A stretch of DNA of 25,044 nucleotides. Origin: a virus. Its lineage: Duplodnaviria; Heunggongvirae; Uroviricota; Caudoviricetes. Numbering within the stretch: the first letter of the stretch is position 1; each line of letters begins with the position of its first letter. The notes beneath the pieces were generated by a model. It searched no databases. It saw only the letters and a program-made list of their open reading frames with translations, and was not told the DNA's origin. Shown here in pieces: positions 17,234-25,044 of this stretch. The DNA lies in IMG/VR virus record IMGVR_UViG_2529293240_000020, positions 1 to 25,044 of that record, one strand, 5' to 3'. The translations under genes and the position numbers were made by a program.

Positions 17234-17821
17234 TCACCCCCGCGTGGCGGACGGCGCGTTGTCGATGATTTCCAGACAGGCGTCGGTCAGTTCTTCCATG
17301 CGGTTAAACCATCCGTTCAGGTATTTGCCCTGGGCGGGTTTTGATTTGATGATGTCGGCATAAAAGCGGGAACGACGGACAATACAGCGGGTCAGCAACC
17401 AGTCCGGGTTAGACAGGTTCACGGCCCTGCGGGTACGCGGGCCGATGATGCCGTCAGCATCCACATCAGCGGCTTCCTGCAAAATTCTGATGGCTTTTTT
17501 AACGCCATGCTGAACCGCCGCATCGAACACAAACAGCGCTACACCATCAGGCCACTGCTCACACCCGGCTGGCAGCCAGTAATCGCGCCAGTAAATCTGC
17601 GCAGCCTGTTCGCGGGTCAAATCTTTGATGCGGGTATCCGGTTTGCCGTCTCCGTTGACGTCGGTTTTGCCGTCAATCACACCGTCGCGGCGGTCAGAAA
17701 TGCCGTATCTGGTTTCGCCGCCACGGTCAGTGGGGTCATTGACATAGACGCCTTCGATATCGGGACGCAGAATAAAATTCAGCGCATACTCAAAGGCCGG
17801 GGAGAATTTTTGATTTTCCAT
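17234..17821 (-). CDS. Endolysin: glycoside hydrolase family 108-type lysozyme domain with C-terminal peptidoglycan-binding domain, 195 aa; no N-terminal signal-anchor
   Basis: Motifs EGVYVNDPTDRGGETRYGI, REQAAQIYWRDYW and DGIIGPRTRRAV are characteristic of GH108 plus PG-binding endolysins. Confidence 0.75.
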   Translation of the reverse strand: MENQKFSPAFEYALNFILRPDIEGVYVNDPTDRGGETRYGISDRRDGVIDGKTDVNGDGKPDTRIKDLTREQAAQIYWRDYWLPAGCEQWPDGVALFVFDAAVQHGVKKAIRILQEAADVDADGIIGPRTRRAVNLSNPDWLLTRCIVRRSRFYADIIKSKPAQGKYLNGWFNRMEELTDACLEIIDNAPSATRG

Positions 17822-17833
17822 AAAAGCACCTGT

Positions 17834-17860
17834 GAAGCAGATTTAAACGTGGTCTGCTTC
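17834..17860 (-). promoter_or_regulatory. Perfect 8-bp inverted repeat GAAGCAGA-N11-TCTGCTTC, 13 to 39 nt upstream of the endolysin start codon
   Basis: Read directly from the sequence; lies in the presumed 5-prime UTR or operator region of the lys operon. Confidence 0.3.
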
Positions 17861-17870
17861 ATGGTGCCGG

Positions 17871-17906
17871 AGGCATAAAAAAAGCCGGATTTACCGGCTT
17901 CATTGA
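17871..17906 (-). promoter_or_regulatory. Copy A of the ~35-bp repeated dyad element (hairpin AAGCCGG-N5-CCGGCTT plus T-run on the minus strand), beginning 6 nt after the Mor/C-like stop codon
   Basis: Near-identical to 10332..10367; has the structure of a Rho-independent terminator for the minus strand and sits at the distance from the lys start expected for an activator site. Confidence 0.5.
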
Positions 17907-18356
17907 TTAAGGACGTCGTGGCGGACGACGAACGGGGTGAGGCAGGTTCGGGGAGTGGTAAAACAAATCCGGCTGGTATTTATTACACTCCAGACGCCGC
18001 ATCCGCTTGATGGCCTTGTAGACGGTTTTATACGTCACCCCGTAACGCTGAACCAGTTCAGGAATATTATGGCCGTTAAAATCACGCCAGATACGCATAT
18101 CCCGGACAAGATTCTCCAGAATATTCCCCCTCGGAACATAAACCTGCATCCCGCCGATATAGCGACAAATCGCCACAACCAGCTCAAGGGAATGGGCAGG
18201 GTCTGCGCCAATCCTGGCCAGCTCTTTACGCAGCAGTGCGTTCAGTTCAGAAAGTAACGCCGGATAAGCCGTGTTTTCCTGGTAATCGTTAAGGTATTCC
18301 AGAACGCTGTCGTCCCGGAAGTCTTCGAATAAATCCTGCTCTTTCATCTGTTTCAT
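17907..18356 (-). CDS. Mor/C-family transcriptional activator (Mu middle/late gene activator family), 149 aa
   Basis: C-terminal HTH-like region (IPELVQRYGVTYKTVYKAIKR) and size typical of Mu Mor/C proteins; position between the gemA-like gene and the late genes. Confidence 0.7.
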   Translation of the reverse strand: MKQMKEQDLFEDFRDDSVLEYLNDYQENTAYPALLSELNALLRKELARIGADPAHSLELVVAICRYIGGMQVYVPRGNILENLVRDMRIWRDFNGHNIPELVQRYGVTYKTVYKAIKRMRRLECNKYQPDLFYHSPNLPHPVRRPPRRP

Positions 18357-18904
18357 ACAGCAATTCTCCCGCTGTTTCGTGCGCGGGCATACGCACTGGT
18401 CAGTGCATCATAGCCGCGCAGCTCCTGCCCGGTTTCGCTCACAGGTAAAGGCACACCATGTCGGGCAAAGGCTTCACGGATGCAGCGCATATGCCACTGT
18501 TTGAGCGTTTCGAGCACAACCTGCAACGATTCCCCGTGACACCAGGCCAGCGTGGAAACACCCTGACCGCCATTACGTCTGGCTGTCAGGCGTTCAACGT
18601 ATTTGTCCAGCGCAGCGTCGCTGATATCGGAGACGAAACCATCAAGGAACATCTGCTGCCAGATTTTATAAATCTTCTCGCGCGGTGTGACATGCCCCTT
18701 AAAGCGACGGCGGGGATGTTTTTTCTGCTTCTTAAAACCGCGCTCTTTCATGGCATCGAGCACACGTTCCAGTTGTGCAACGGAAAGCTCGCGGCAACTG
18801 GTTTTGCCCGTGCACTGCACCAGAAAGGTGCGGTAAGTGTCATCGTCGAGTTGCAGGTCACGACGGGCAACATGAATTAATTTAATCAGGGATGTGCAGC
18901 TCAT
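18353..18904 (-). CDS. Mu gp16/GemA-like regulatory protein, 183 aa
   Basis: Sequence character (LIKLIHVARRDLQLDDDTYRTFL...GKTSCRELS) and position immediately upstream of the Mor-like gene with ATGA overlap, as in Mu. Confidence 0.55.
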   Translation of the reverse strand: MSCTSLIKLIHVARRDLQLDDDTYRTFLVQCTGKTSCRELSVAQLERVLDAMKERGFKKQKKHPRRRFKGHVTPREKIYKIWQQMFLDGFVSDISDAALDKYVERLTARRNGGQGVSTLAWCHGESLQVVLETLKQWHMRCIREAFARHGVPLPVSETGQELRGYDALTSAYARARNSGRIAV

Positions 18905-19217
18905 TATGTCCCCCCGGATTTAAAATTAATTCGGTGTTGAATAGCTCTTTACTCATTCGATGTAGCACATCGAGGGCGGCAACTGCCGCTACTTTATCCT
19001 GGCTGGCAATGATTTTTCGTAATTCCTCAATAATCCAGGCTGGACTTAATGATTCGGCAATCATCGTGCGTTTTTCTGAAATTAAATTTTCTCTGGCCTG
19101 CTCATAGCGTTGGTATACGACATTATCCAGAAAATCATTTACCTTTTGTTCTGACATGCCACTGGAAATTAAGGTTGCAGCCATTAAATCAGCATCAGTA
19201 ATCATCTGTATTTTCAT
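18882..19217 (-). CDS. Hypothetical early-region protein, 111 aa, AT-rich
   Basis: ATG at 19217; its first 23 nt overlap the reconstructed stop of the IS911-disrupted gene; its end overlaps the gemA-like start. Confidence 0.45.
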   Translation of the reverse strand: MKIQMITDADLMAATLISSGMSEQKVNDFLDNVVYQRYEQARENLISEKRTMIAESLSPAWIIEELRKIIASQDKVAAVAALDVLHRMSKELFNTELILNPGGHNELHIPD

Positions 19218-19301
19218 CTCTTAATACCTTTTCTGGATTCAGGAAAACTGCGCCGGTAACCTCCAGCAGATTCACCAGAGCATGGGTCGCAATTGCTGCA
19301 G
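19195..19301 (-). pseudogene. 3-prime fragment of an early gene disrupted by IS911 (reconstructed ~118-aa ORF)
   Basis: Removing IS911 and one CAG copy joins 20554..20809 to ..19301 in frame: ...NGDCLA/AAIATHALVNLLEVTGAVFLNPEKVLRDENTDDY*. Confidence 0.5.
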
Positions 19302-19373
19302 TGAAGTGGCACACTGAATTTGGCCACCTGAACAGAGGTGATATGCTCACCTCAGAACAACACAGGTGCTCCA

Positions 19374-20542
<1,169 letters not shown>

Positions 20543-20550
20543 CCACTTCA

Positions 20551-20809
20551 CAGCCAGGCAATCACCGTTGTAGCAGGCATTGTCGATAACGCTTTTTATT
20601 ATTCTTATCAGCGATGGCAGTGTGGTGTTTTCCAGAATTTCCAGCCTGAACTGCTTCAGCCAGTATTCATATTCAGCTTCATCAAATGGACGCTCACCCA
20701 TCAGTTCCGTCAGTGTTGCATCGGCCTGCTCTGGCGTATATCCACTGACAACCAGTTGCGCCCGCATTTCAGCCCGATATTTCGGGTCGTCATAAATACG
20801 TTTACTCAT
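20551..20809 (-). pseudogene. 5-prime fragment (86 codons) of the early gene disrupted by IS911; the remaining 24 codons of track ORF 20477..20809 are read from the IS911 end
   Basis: ATG at 20809 overlaps the upstream stop (ATGAGTAA); the frame runs into the IS terminal repeat at 20550. Confidence 0.5.
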
Positions 20810-20984
20810 TTCTTAATGCATCCTCACAATAAAAGATTTCACCGGGATAACGTTTTTGTATGCGCTCCATCACCTGCATACATGCCTGCTCTGTGGGCCA
20901 GATTTTTTCTGTTACAGGTATGGCATCGCAGGCATCATTCCCACAGGTGCCAACCAGCAGGACAAAGCCAATTGACTTAATCAT
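20802..20984 (-). CDS. Small exported protein, 60 aa: N-terminal signal peptide (MIKSIGFVLLVGTCG, possible lipobox) and four cysteines
   Basis: ATG at 20984 overlaps the upstream stop (ATGATTAA); hydrophobic N-terminus followed by Cys. Confidence 0.45.
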   Translation of the reverse strand: MIKSIGFVLLVGTCGNDACDAIPVTEKIWPTEQACMQVMERIQKRYPGEIFYCEDALRNE

Positions 20985-21516
20985 GCCCGCTGATTTCCTG
21001 TGTTTCCGCCGGAACCGGTGAATAATCAAGAATGAGATAGCGCAGGACGTGGTCGGTGATATTCCAGCCACTGGAGCCACAAATAAAACGACCCAGCCGG
21101 ATATCGATATACGCCATCACAAAACGGGGCATTCCCTGTTTGCACATCTCGTCATCCACTTCAGCAACGATGTAAACCGGCTCGCAGGTCAGTACGCCTG
21201 TCGCAAATTCTTTTGCCAGTGCCGGAATGGCGTTACCTTCCAGCCAGGGCAAAGAACGACGGAACGTGCACCATGCAGCATCATCAACCCCTGGCAGCTC
21301 CGTTGTGTTTCGCCTTACAGGTGACGTCAGACGAGGGCGCGGAACGTCATAAAATCCGTTGCATTCGGTGAGCACTCCGGCATCAACCGCATCACGCAGG
21401 AAATACACCATTGACGAGGGCAGCATATTCATTTTTTCAGCCAGAACCCCGCAGGTCAGACGCCCGTAAGCCCGTAATAATGTGCTGACACCGTTCAGAA
21501 CTTTTGCATCAATCAC
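20977..21516 (-). CDS. Hypothetical protein, 179 aa, GTG start with GGAGG Shine-Dalgarno 8 nt upstream
   Basis: GTG at 21516 lies 3 nt after the upstream TAA; the SD is embedded in the last codons of the upstream gene. Confidence 0.5.
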   Translation of the reverse strand: MIDAKVLNGVSTLLRAYGRLTCGVLAEKMNMLPSSMVYFLRDAVDAGVLTECNGFYDVPRPRLTSPVRRNTTELPGVDDAAWCTFRRSLPWLEGNAIPALAKEFATGVLTCEPVYIVAEVDDEMCKQGMPRFVMAYIDIRLGRFICGSSGWNITDHVLRYLILDYSPVPAETQEISGHD

Positions 21517-21519
21517 CGG

Positions 21520-22068
21520 TTATTCCTCCGTCAGTGCCACAAATTCAGAATGTTTAATGCGCTGGCATTCGGCAGGAACCGGTCCCTTAACCTCACCATC
21601 CAGCAGGCACACCTCAAACAAAATGCCGAATCCGTCACGGCTGTGGTGCATCGTCCAGACTGATTTGAGATCAAACATGTTGGGTACAACATCAACCCCG
21701 AGTTCATTACACAACCAGACCGGGAATGTGGGATATTTCCGGAGTTGCTCTTCATGTTCCTGAATAAGCGTCGCATTGTTTCGGCCTTCCGGTGTTGTTA
21801 TATCCGGTACAACGCCATAAAACTGAAATCCACCAATAAACAGTCCGTCTGATTTACCACGCCATAATTCCGGCGCTAATTGATTCATCCAGATACATTC
21901 AACCCGTTCATACCCTCTGTTACTGACAAGGGAAACACCGTCTGCGCCAAACGCACGCTGCAATGAGCAGATGATTTTGTCACGCTTAACAGAAACATCT
22001 TTCAGCCAGCGAATCGTATAACCGTTAGCGGCTGCGTCACTCAGTTTAAAATAAGCATATGCTTTCAT
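21520..22068 (-). CDS. Hypothetical protein, 182 aa (MKAYAYFKLSDAAANGYTIRW...)
   Basis: ATG at 22068 with GAGG 8 nt upstream; the track ORF extends to 22125 but those ATGs lack a comparable SD. Confidence 0.5.
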   Translation of the reverse strand: MKAYAYFKLSDAAANGYTIRWLKDVSVKRDKIICSLQRAFGADGVSLVSNRGYERVECIWMNQLAPELWRGKSDGLFIGGFQFYGVVPDITTPEGRNNATLIQEHEEQLRKYPTFPVWLCNELGVDVVPNMFDLKSVWTMHHSRDGFGILFEVCLLDGEVKGPVPAECQRIKHSEFVALTEE

Positions 22069-22299
22069 ATTCATTTCCTCTGGTCCTGATTCAGGCGCGA
22101 GCAATCCCCTGACGCATCGCGCCATAATTAAAAGAAAGTGAATTAATTAAATATTCGTCGTGGTATTAAATACCGGCTTCCTGTTCAAACGGAATAATAG
22201 AAAAATCTTCAATGCCTGATTTAACTGTAATTCCGGCGACACCTGCGACTGCTTTCGGCTCCAGTAAAATCGCTTCCTTGTTGAGGTAATGACTCCAAC

Positions 22300-22803
22300 T
22301 TACTGATAGTGTTTTATGTTCAGATAATGCCCGATGACCTTGTCATGCAGCTCCACCGATTTTGAGAACGACAGTGACTTCCGTCCCAGCCTTGCCAGAT
22401 GTTGCCTCAGATTCAGATTATGTCGCTCAATGCGCTGAGTGTAACGCTTGCTGATAACGTGCAGCTTTCCCTTCAGGCGTGATTCATACAGCGGCCAGCC
22501 ATCCGTCATCCATACCACGACCTCAAAGGCCGACAGCAGGCTCAGAAGACGCTCCAGTGTGGCCAGAGTGCGTTCACCGAAGACGTGCGCCACAACCGTC
22601 CTCCGTATCCTGTCATACGCGTAAAACAGCCAGCGCTGACGTGATTTAGCACCGACGTAGCCCCAATGTTCGTCCATTTCAGCGCAGACAATCACATCAC
22701 TGCCCGGTTGTATGCGCGAGGTTACCGACTGCGGCCTGAGTTTTTTAAGTGACGTAAAACCGTGTTGAGGCCAACGCCCATAATGCGTGCACTGGCGCGA
22801 CAT
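22300..22803 (-). CDS. insB: IS1 InsB (transposase catalytic part, made as an InsAB-prime fusion by frameshift)
   Basis: Sequence characteristic of IS1 InsB (...[28 protein letters not shown]...). Confidence 0.8.
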   Translation of the reverse strand: MSRQCTHYGRWPQHGFTSLKKLRPQSVTSRIQPGSDVIVCAEMDEHWGYVGAKSRQRWLFYAYDRIRRTVVAHVFGERTLATLERLLSLLSAFEVVVWMTDGWPLYESRLKGKLHVISKRYTQRIERHNLNLRQHLARLGRKSLSFSKSVELHDKVIGHYLNIKHYQ

Positions 22804-22997
22804 CCGACGCCATTCATGGCCATATCAATGATTTTCTGGTGCGTACCGGGCTGAGAGGCGGTGTAAGTGAACTGTAGTTGCCATGTTTTACGGCAATGAG
22901 AGCAGAGATAGCGCTGATGTCCGGCAGTGCTTTTGCCGTTACGCACCACGCCTTCAGTAGCGGAGCAGGAAGGACATCTGATGGAAATGGAAGCCAC
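22722..22997 (-). CDS. insA: IS1 InsA (zinc-finger DNA-binding regulator), 91 aa
   Basis: [40 protein letters not shown]... characteristic of IS1 InsA. Confidence 0.85.
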   Translation of the reverse strand: MASISIRCPSCSATEGVVRNGKSTAGHQRYLCSHCRKTWQLQFTYTASQPGTHQKIIDMAMNGVGCRASARIMGVGLNTVLRHLKNSGRSR

Positions 22998-23196
22998 GCA
23001 AGCACCTTAAAATCACCATCATACACTAAATCAGTAAGTTGGCAGCATTACCGAACTTCTGGAGTGCAGAATCACCAATCCTAATATTACTACTAAATAG
23101 CTGCGCCTAATAACGCGACACCCGCCGTTTACTGTCTGGTGGCTTAACCTGCAAGGGCTGGCTGAAAGTGGGACACTATGCCGCGCAGCTATTTAG

Positions 23197-24438
23197 TCAC
23201 CCAACTAGCTTCATTCCTTTTATCCCACCTTCAATCATGCTTCCACGATCCGCTGCCATCACAAAATTTGCCCACCATTGCATCATCGGGCGACGCTGTT
23301 CCAGGTAATCGCTGCGGTTATAAGCACGACGAACCTCATTCTTATCCACATGGGCCAATGCTGCCTCAATGGCATCAGGCGGAAAGCCTTGTTCATTAAG
23401 AGCCGTACTGGCAATTGATCTCAGACCATGCGAAACAAGCACACCACCAAAACCTGCGCGTTTTAGTGAGGCGTTAACAGTCTGACTGTTCATAGGCTGG
23501 TTGGGCTTGATACGGCTAGGAAAGATAAATTCTCGGTTGCCGCTTAGCGGTTTCATCATCTCCAGCACAGCTATTGCTTCATCTGACAATGGAACAGTAT
23601 GGTCGCGGTTCATTTTCATGCGTGCTGCGGGAATCTTCCACTCTTGCGCTTCTATGTCTACTTCTTCCCAGCGAGCTTCAGCCGCTTCGGCAGGGCGGGT
23701 AATAGTAAGAAGTTGCCACATGAACAGGCAGCGTGTGGAAAGGCTAATGCTGGCTGTTCGCATTGTCTGCATCAGTTGAGATAGCTGATCCGGTCGAATG
23801 CTGGGCATGTTCTTTTTCTGAGGCTTTTCGAAGGCTTTACCGATATTAACGCTGGGAACAGCATCAATCAGCCCTGTGTTCTGGGCATAGATCATGACCT
23901 CATTAATACGTTGACACAGGCGACGAACCGTTTCCAGTGCTCCTCTGGCCTGAACCGGTTGTACGGCCTGAACCAGTGTATGAGCTTTAATATCTGTAAC
24001 GCTAACGTCGCCAATCGCAGGAAAGACATCTCTTTCAAGAGAGCGCCAGATATCTTCCGCATAGTCCTCTGTCACACTGGCTTTCTTCACATTCCACCAA
24101 CGTTCAGCTACGAGCTGGAAAGTATTGGTTTTGGCTTCCAGCGAACTACGCAATTGTTCTTGCTGATGTTCCTGCGGATCAATCTGTTTAGCTAGGAGTG
24201 AGCGGGACTCTGCACGGTAGTTTCTGGCATCGGCAAGGGTAACTGACGGGTAAGGGCCTATGCTTTTCTTTGCTCGTTTCTTGGTGACAGGGCGAATGTA
24301 GCGAAACTGCCAGATTTTACTCCCGCTGGATTTAATGAGTAGCTCAAGGCCATCGCCATCATAGAGAACGTAGTCCGCTTCCTTGGGTTTAGCAGATTCG
24401 ATTTCCTTAACGGATAGAGGTTTGGTTTGTCTTGCCAT
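23197..24438 (-). CDS. int: Tyrosine recombinase / integrase, P4-type (CP4-57 IntA-like), 413 aa, apparently intact
   Basis: Downstream of ssrA in the same orientation with a 204-bp gap; catalytic H-x-x-R (HGLRS) and Tyr (AYNRSDY) motifs; N-terminus MARQTKPLSVKEIESAKPKEADYVLYDGDGLELLIKSSGSK typical of P4-family integrases. Confidence 0.85.
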   Translation of the reverse strand: MARQTKPLSVKEIESAKPKEADYVLYDGDGLELLIKSSGSKIWQFRYIRPVTKKRAKKSIGPYPSVTLADARNYRAESRSLLAKQIDPQEHQQEQLRSSLEAKTNTFQLVAERWWNVKKASVTEDYAEDIWRSLERDVFPAIGDVSVTDIKAHTLVQAVQPVQARGALETVRRLCQRINEVMIYAQNTGLIDAVPSVNIGKAFEKPQKKNMPSIRPDQLSQLMQTMRTASISLSTRCLFMWQLLTITRPAEAAEARWEEVDIEAQEWKIPAARMKMNRDHTVPLSDEAIAVLEMMKPLSGNREFIFPSRIKPNQPMNSQTVNASLKRAGFGGVLVSHGLRSIASTALNEQGFPPDAIEAALAHVDKNEVRRAYNRSDYLEQRRPMMQWWANFVMAADRGSMIEGGIKGMKLVG

Positions 24439-24458
24439 TGCCGGGTTTCCATAGTTTT

Positions 24459-24509
24459 AGGCACCTCAAAGACAATATAGCTTTATGAAGTGCCTAACAA
24501 GGTGCCTAA
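24459..24509 (-). promoter_or_regulatory. Three copies of an 8-mer (AGGTGCCT / GTGCCTAA) in the ssrA-int intergenic region; candidate arm-type or operator sites and promoter region of int
   Basis: AGGCACCT at 24459..24466 (inverted), GTGCCTAA at 24490..24497 and 24502..24509, within 70 bp upstream of the int start. Confidence 0.3.
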
Positions 24510-24563
24510 AAGGATCGGATTTAATTAGTTGGCATCAGACTTCGCGGGACAAATTCGGGGCAC

Positions 24564-24596
24564 AAAAAAGCCCGCAGGGCTTGCGCCGTGCGGGCT
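24564..24596 (-). terminator. Rho-independent terminator downstream of ssrA (GC-rich 11-bp stem with one mismatch, then UUUUUU on the minus strand)
   Basis: GCCCGCAGGGC-TTGC-GCCGTGCGGGC followed by the complement of the A-run at 24564..24569; lies ~45 nt past the tmRNA 3-prime end. Confidence 0.5.
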
Positions 24597-24642
24597 CTTA
24601 GGACTTCATCGGATGACTCTGGTAATCACCGATGGAGAATTT

Positions 24643-25005
24643 TGGTGGAGCTGGCGGGAGTTGAACCCGCGTCCGAAATTCCTACATCCTCGGTACTACA
24701 TGCTTAGTCAGTCTTTACATTCGCTTGCCAGCTGCGGACGGACACGCCACTAACAAACTAGCCTGATTAAGTTTTAACGCTTCAACCCCAGGCAGGGCTT
24801 CCACGCGATCTCTTTTGGGTTTGACCTCTCTTGATCCCCGTCCTAAGAGCGGAGGCTAGGGAGAGAGGGCTCTAAGCAGGTTATTAAGCTGCTAAAGCGT
24901 AGTTTTCGTCGTTTGCGACTATTTTTTGCGGCTTTTTACGAGGCCAACCGCCCCTCGGCATGCACCTTGGGTTTCGCAAATCCCGTCGAATCCAGAATCA
25001 GCCCC
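24643..25005 (-). ncRNA. ssrA: tmRNA (SsrA, 10Sa RNA), 363 nt
   Basis: Reverse complement reads GGGGCTGATTCTGGATTCGACGGG ... GCAAACGACGAAAACTACGCTTTAGCAGCTTAATAA (tag-peptide ORF) ... GGACGCGGGTTCAACTCCCGCCAGCTCCACCA, matching enterobacterial ssrA as recalled. Confidence 0.9.
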
Positions 25006-25044
25006 AATGTGTAAAGGTAAGTATACCAGATTTATGAGCGCCAT

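Larger units (their letters stand above)
22285..23052 (-). mobile_element. IS1, complete, 768 bp, no flanking direct repeat
   Basis: Termini GGTAATGACTCC... and ...GGCAGCATTACC match the IS1 inverted repeats; insA and insB present; flanking 9-mers CCTTGTTGA and GAACTTCTG differ. Confidence 0.85.

Noticed and set aside
17234-17821. Endolysin as a Mu-style SAR (signal-anchor-release) endolysin
   Set aside because: The N-terminus (MENQKFSPAFEYALNFILRPDIEG...) has no hydrophobic signal-anchor segment; it looks like a cytoplasmic GH108-type enzyme.
2363-19217. Possibility that the prophage is intact and inducible
   Set aside because: The tape-measure gene is both interrupted (IS600) and truncated (IS66), no baseplate or fibre genes are present, and no repressor or transposase genes remain upstream of the early block within the window.
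22069-22125. N-terminal extension of the first early gene from ATG 22125
   Set aside because: The ATG at 22068 has a well-spaced GAGG, whereas the ATGs at 22125 and 22074 lack a comparable ribosome-binding site; the extension may be real but is not supported.
23053-24438. Interpretation that the integrase next to ssrA belongs to the Mu-like prophage
   Set aside because: The phage modules are Mu-type (gemA-like, mor-like, Mu-order head and tail genes), which replicate by transposition and do not use a tyrosine integrase; the two are separated by an IS1 with no TSD, so they are more likely unrelated elements juxtaposed by rearrangement.
24529-24753. Plus-strand ORF (74 aa) overlapping the ssrA 3-prime region, and ORFs 22814..23026, 22878..23084, 23178..23399
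   Set aside because: They overlap the tmRNA gene, IS1 or the integrase in antisense or alternate frames and have no start-context support; treated as spurious.

Overview
Mosaic, IS-riddled accessory region on an Escherichia/Shigella-type chromosome (host inferred from the IS content: IS1, IS911, IS600-like, IS66 family). At the right edge lies the tmRNA gene ssrA (minus strand, 24643..25005), followed 204 bp downstream by an intact P4/CP4-57-type tyrosine integrase; the rest of that island is cut off by an IS1 copy with no target-site duplication. Beyond the IS1 lies a defective Mu-like (transposable-phage type) prophage on the minus strand: a block of unknown early genes, GemA-like and Mor/C-like regulators, a lysis cassette, and a head and proximal-tail module (terminase, portal, capsid, sheath, tube, chaperone) with overlapping start/stop codons. 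Transposase, repressor, baseplate and fibre genes are absent. IS911 (TSD CAG) splits a small early gene, IS600 (TSD ACC) sits in codon 4 of the tape-measure gene, and a partial IS66-family element truncates that gene at the left edge. No tRNA, rRNA or CRISPR array was seen. Most worth follow-up: a four-gene translationally coupled operon of unknown function (20551..22068) and a ~35-bp dyad element repeated upstream of the lys and protease operons. All product calls rest on my reading of the translations and gene order; no database search was run.
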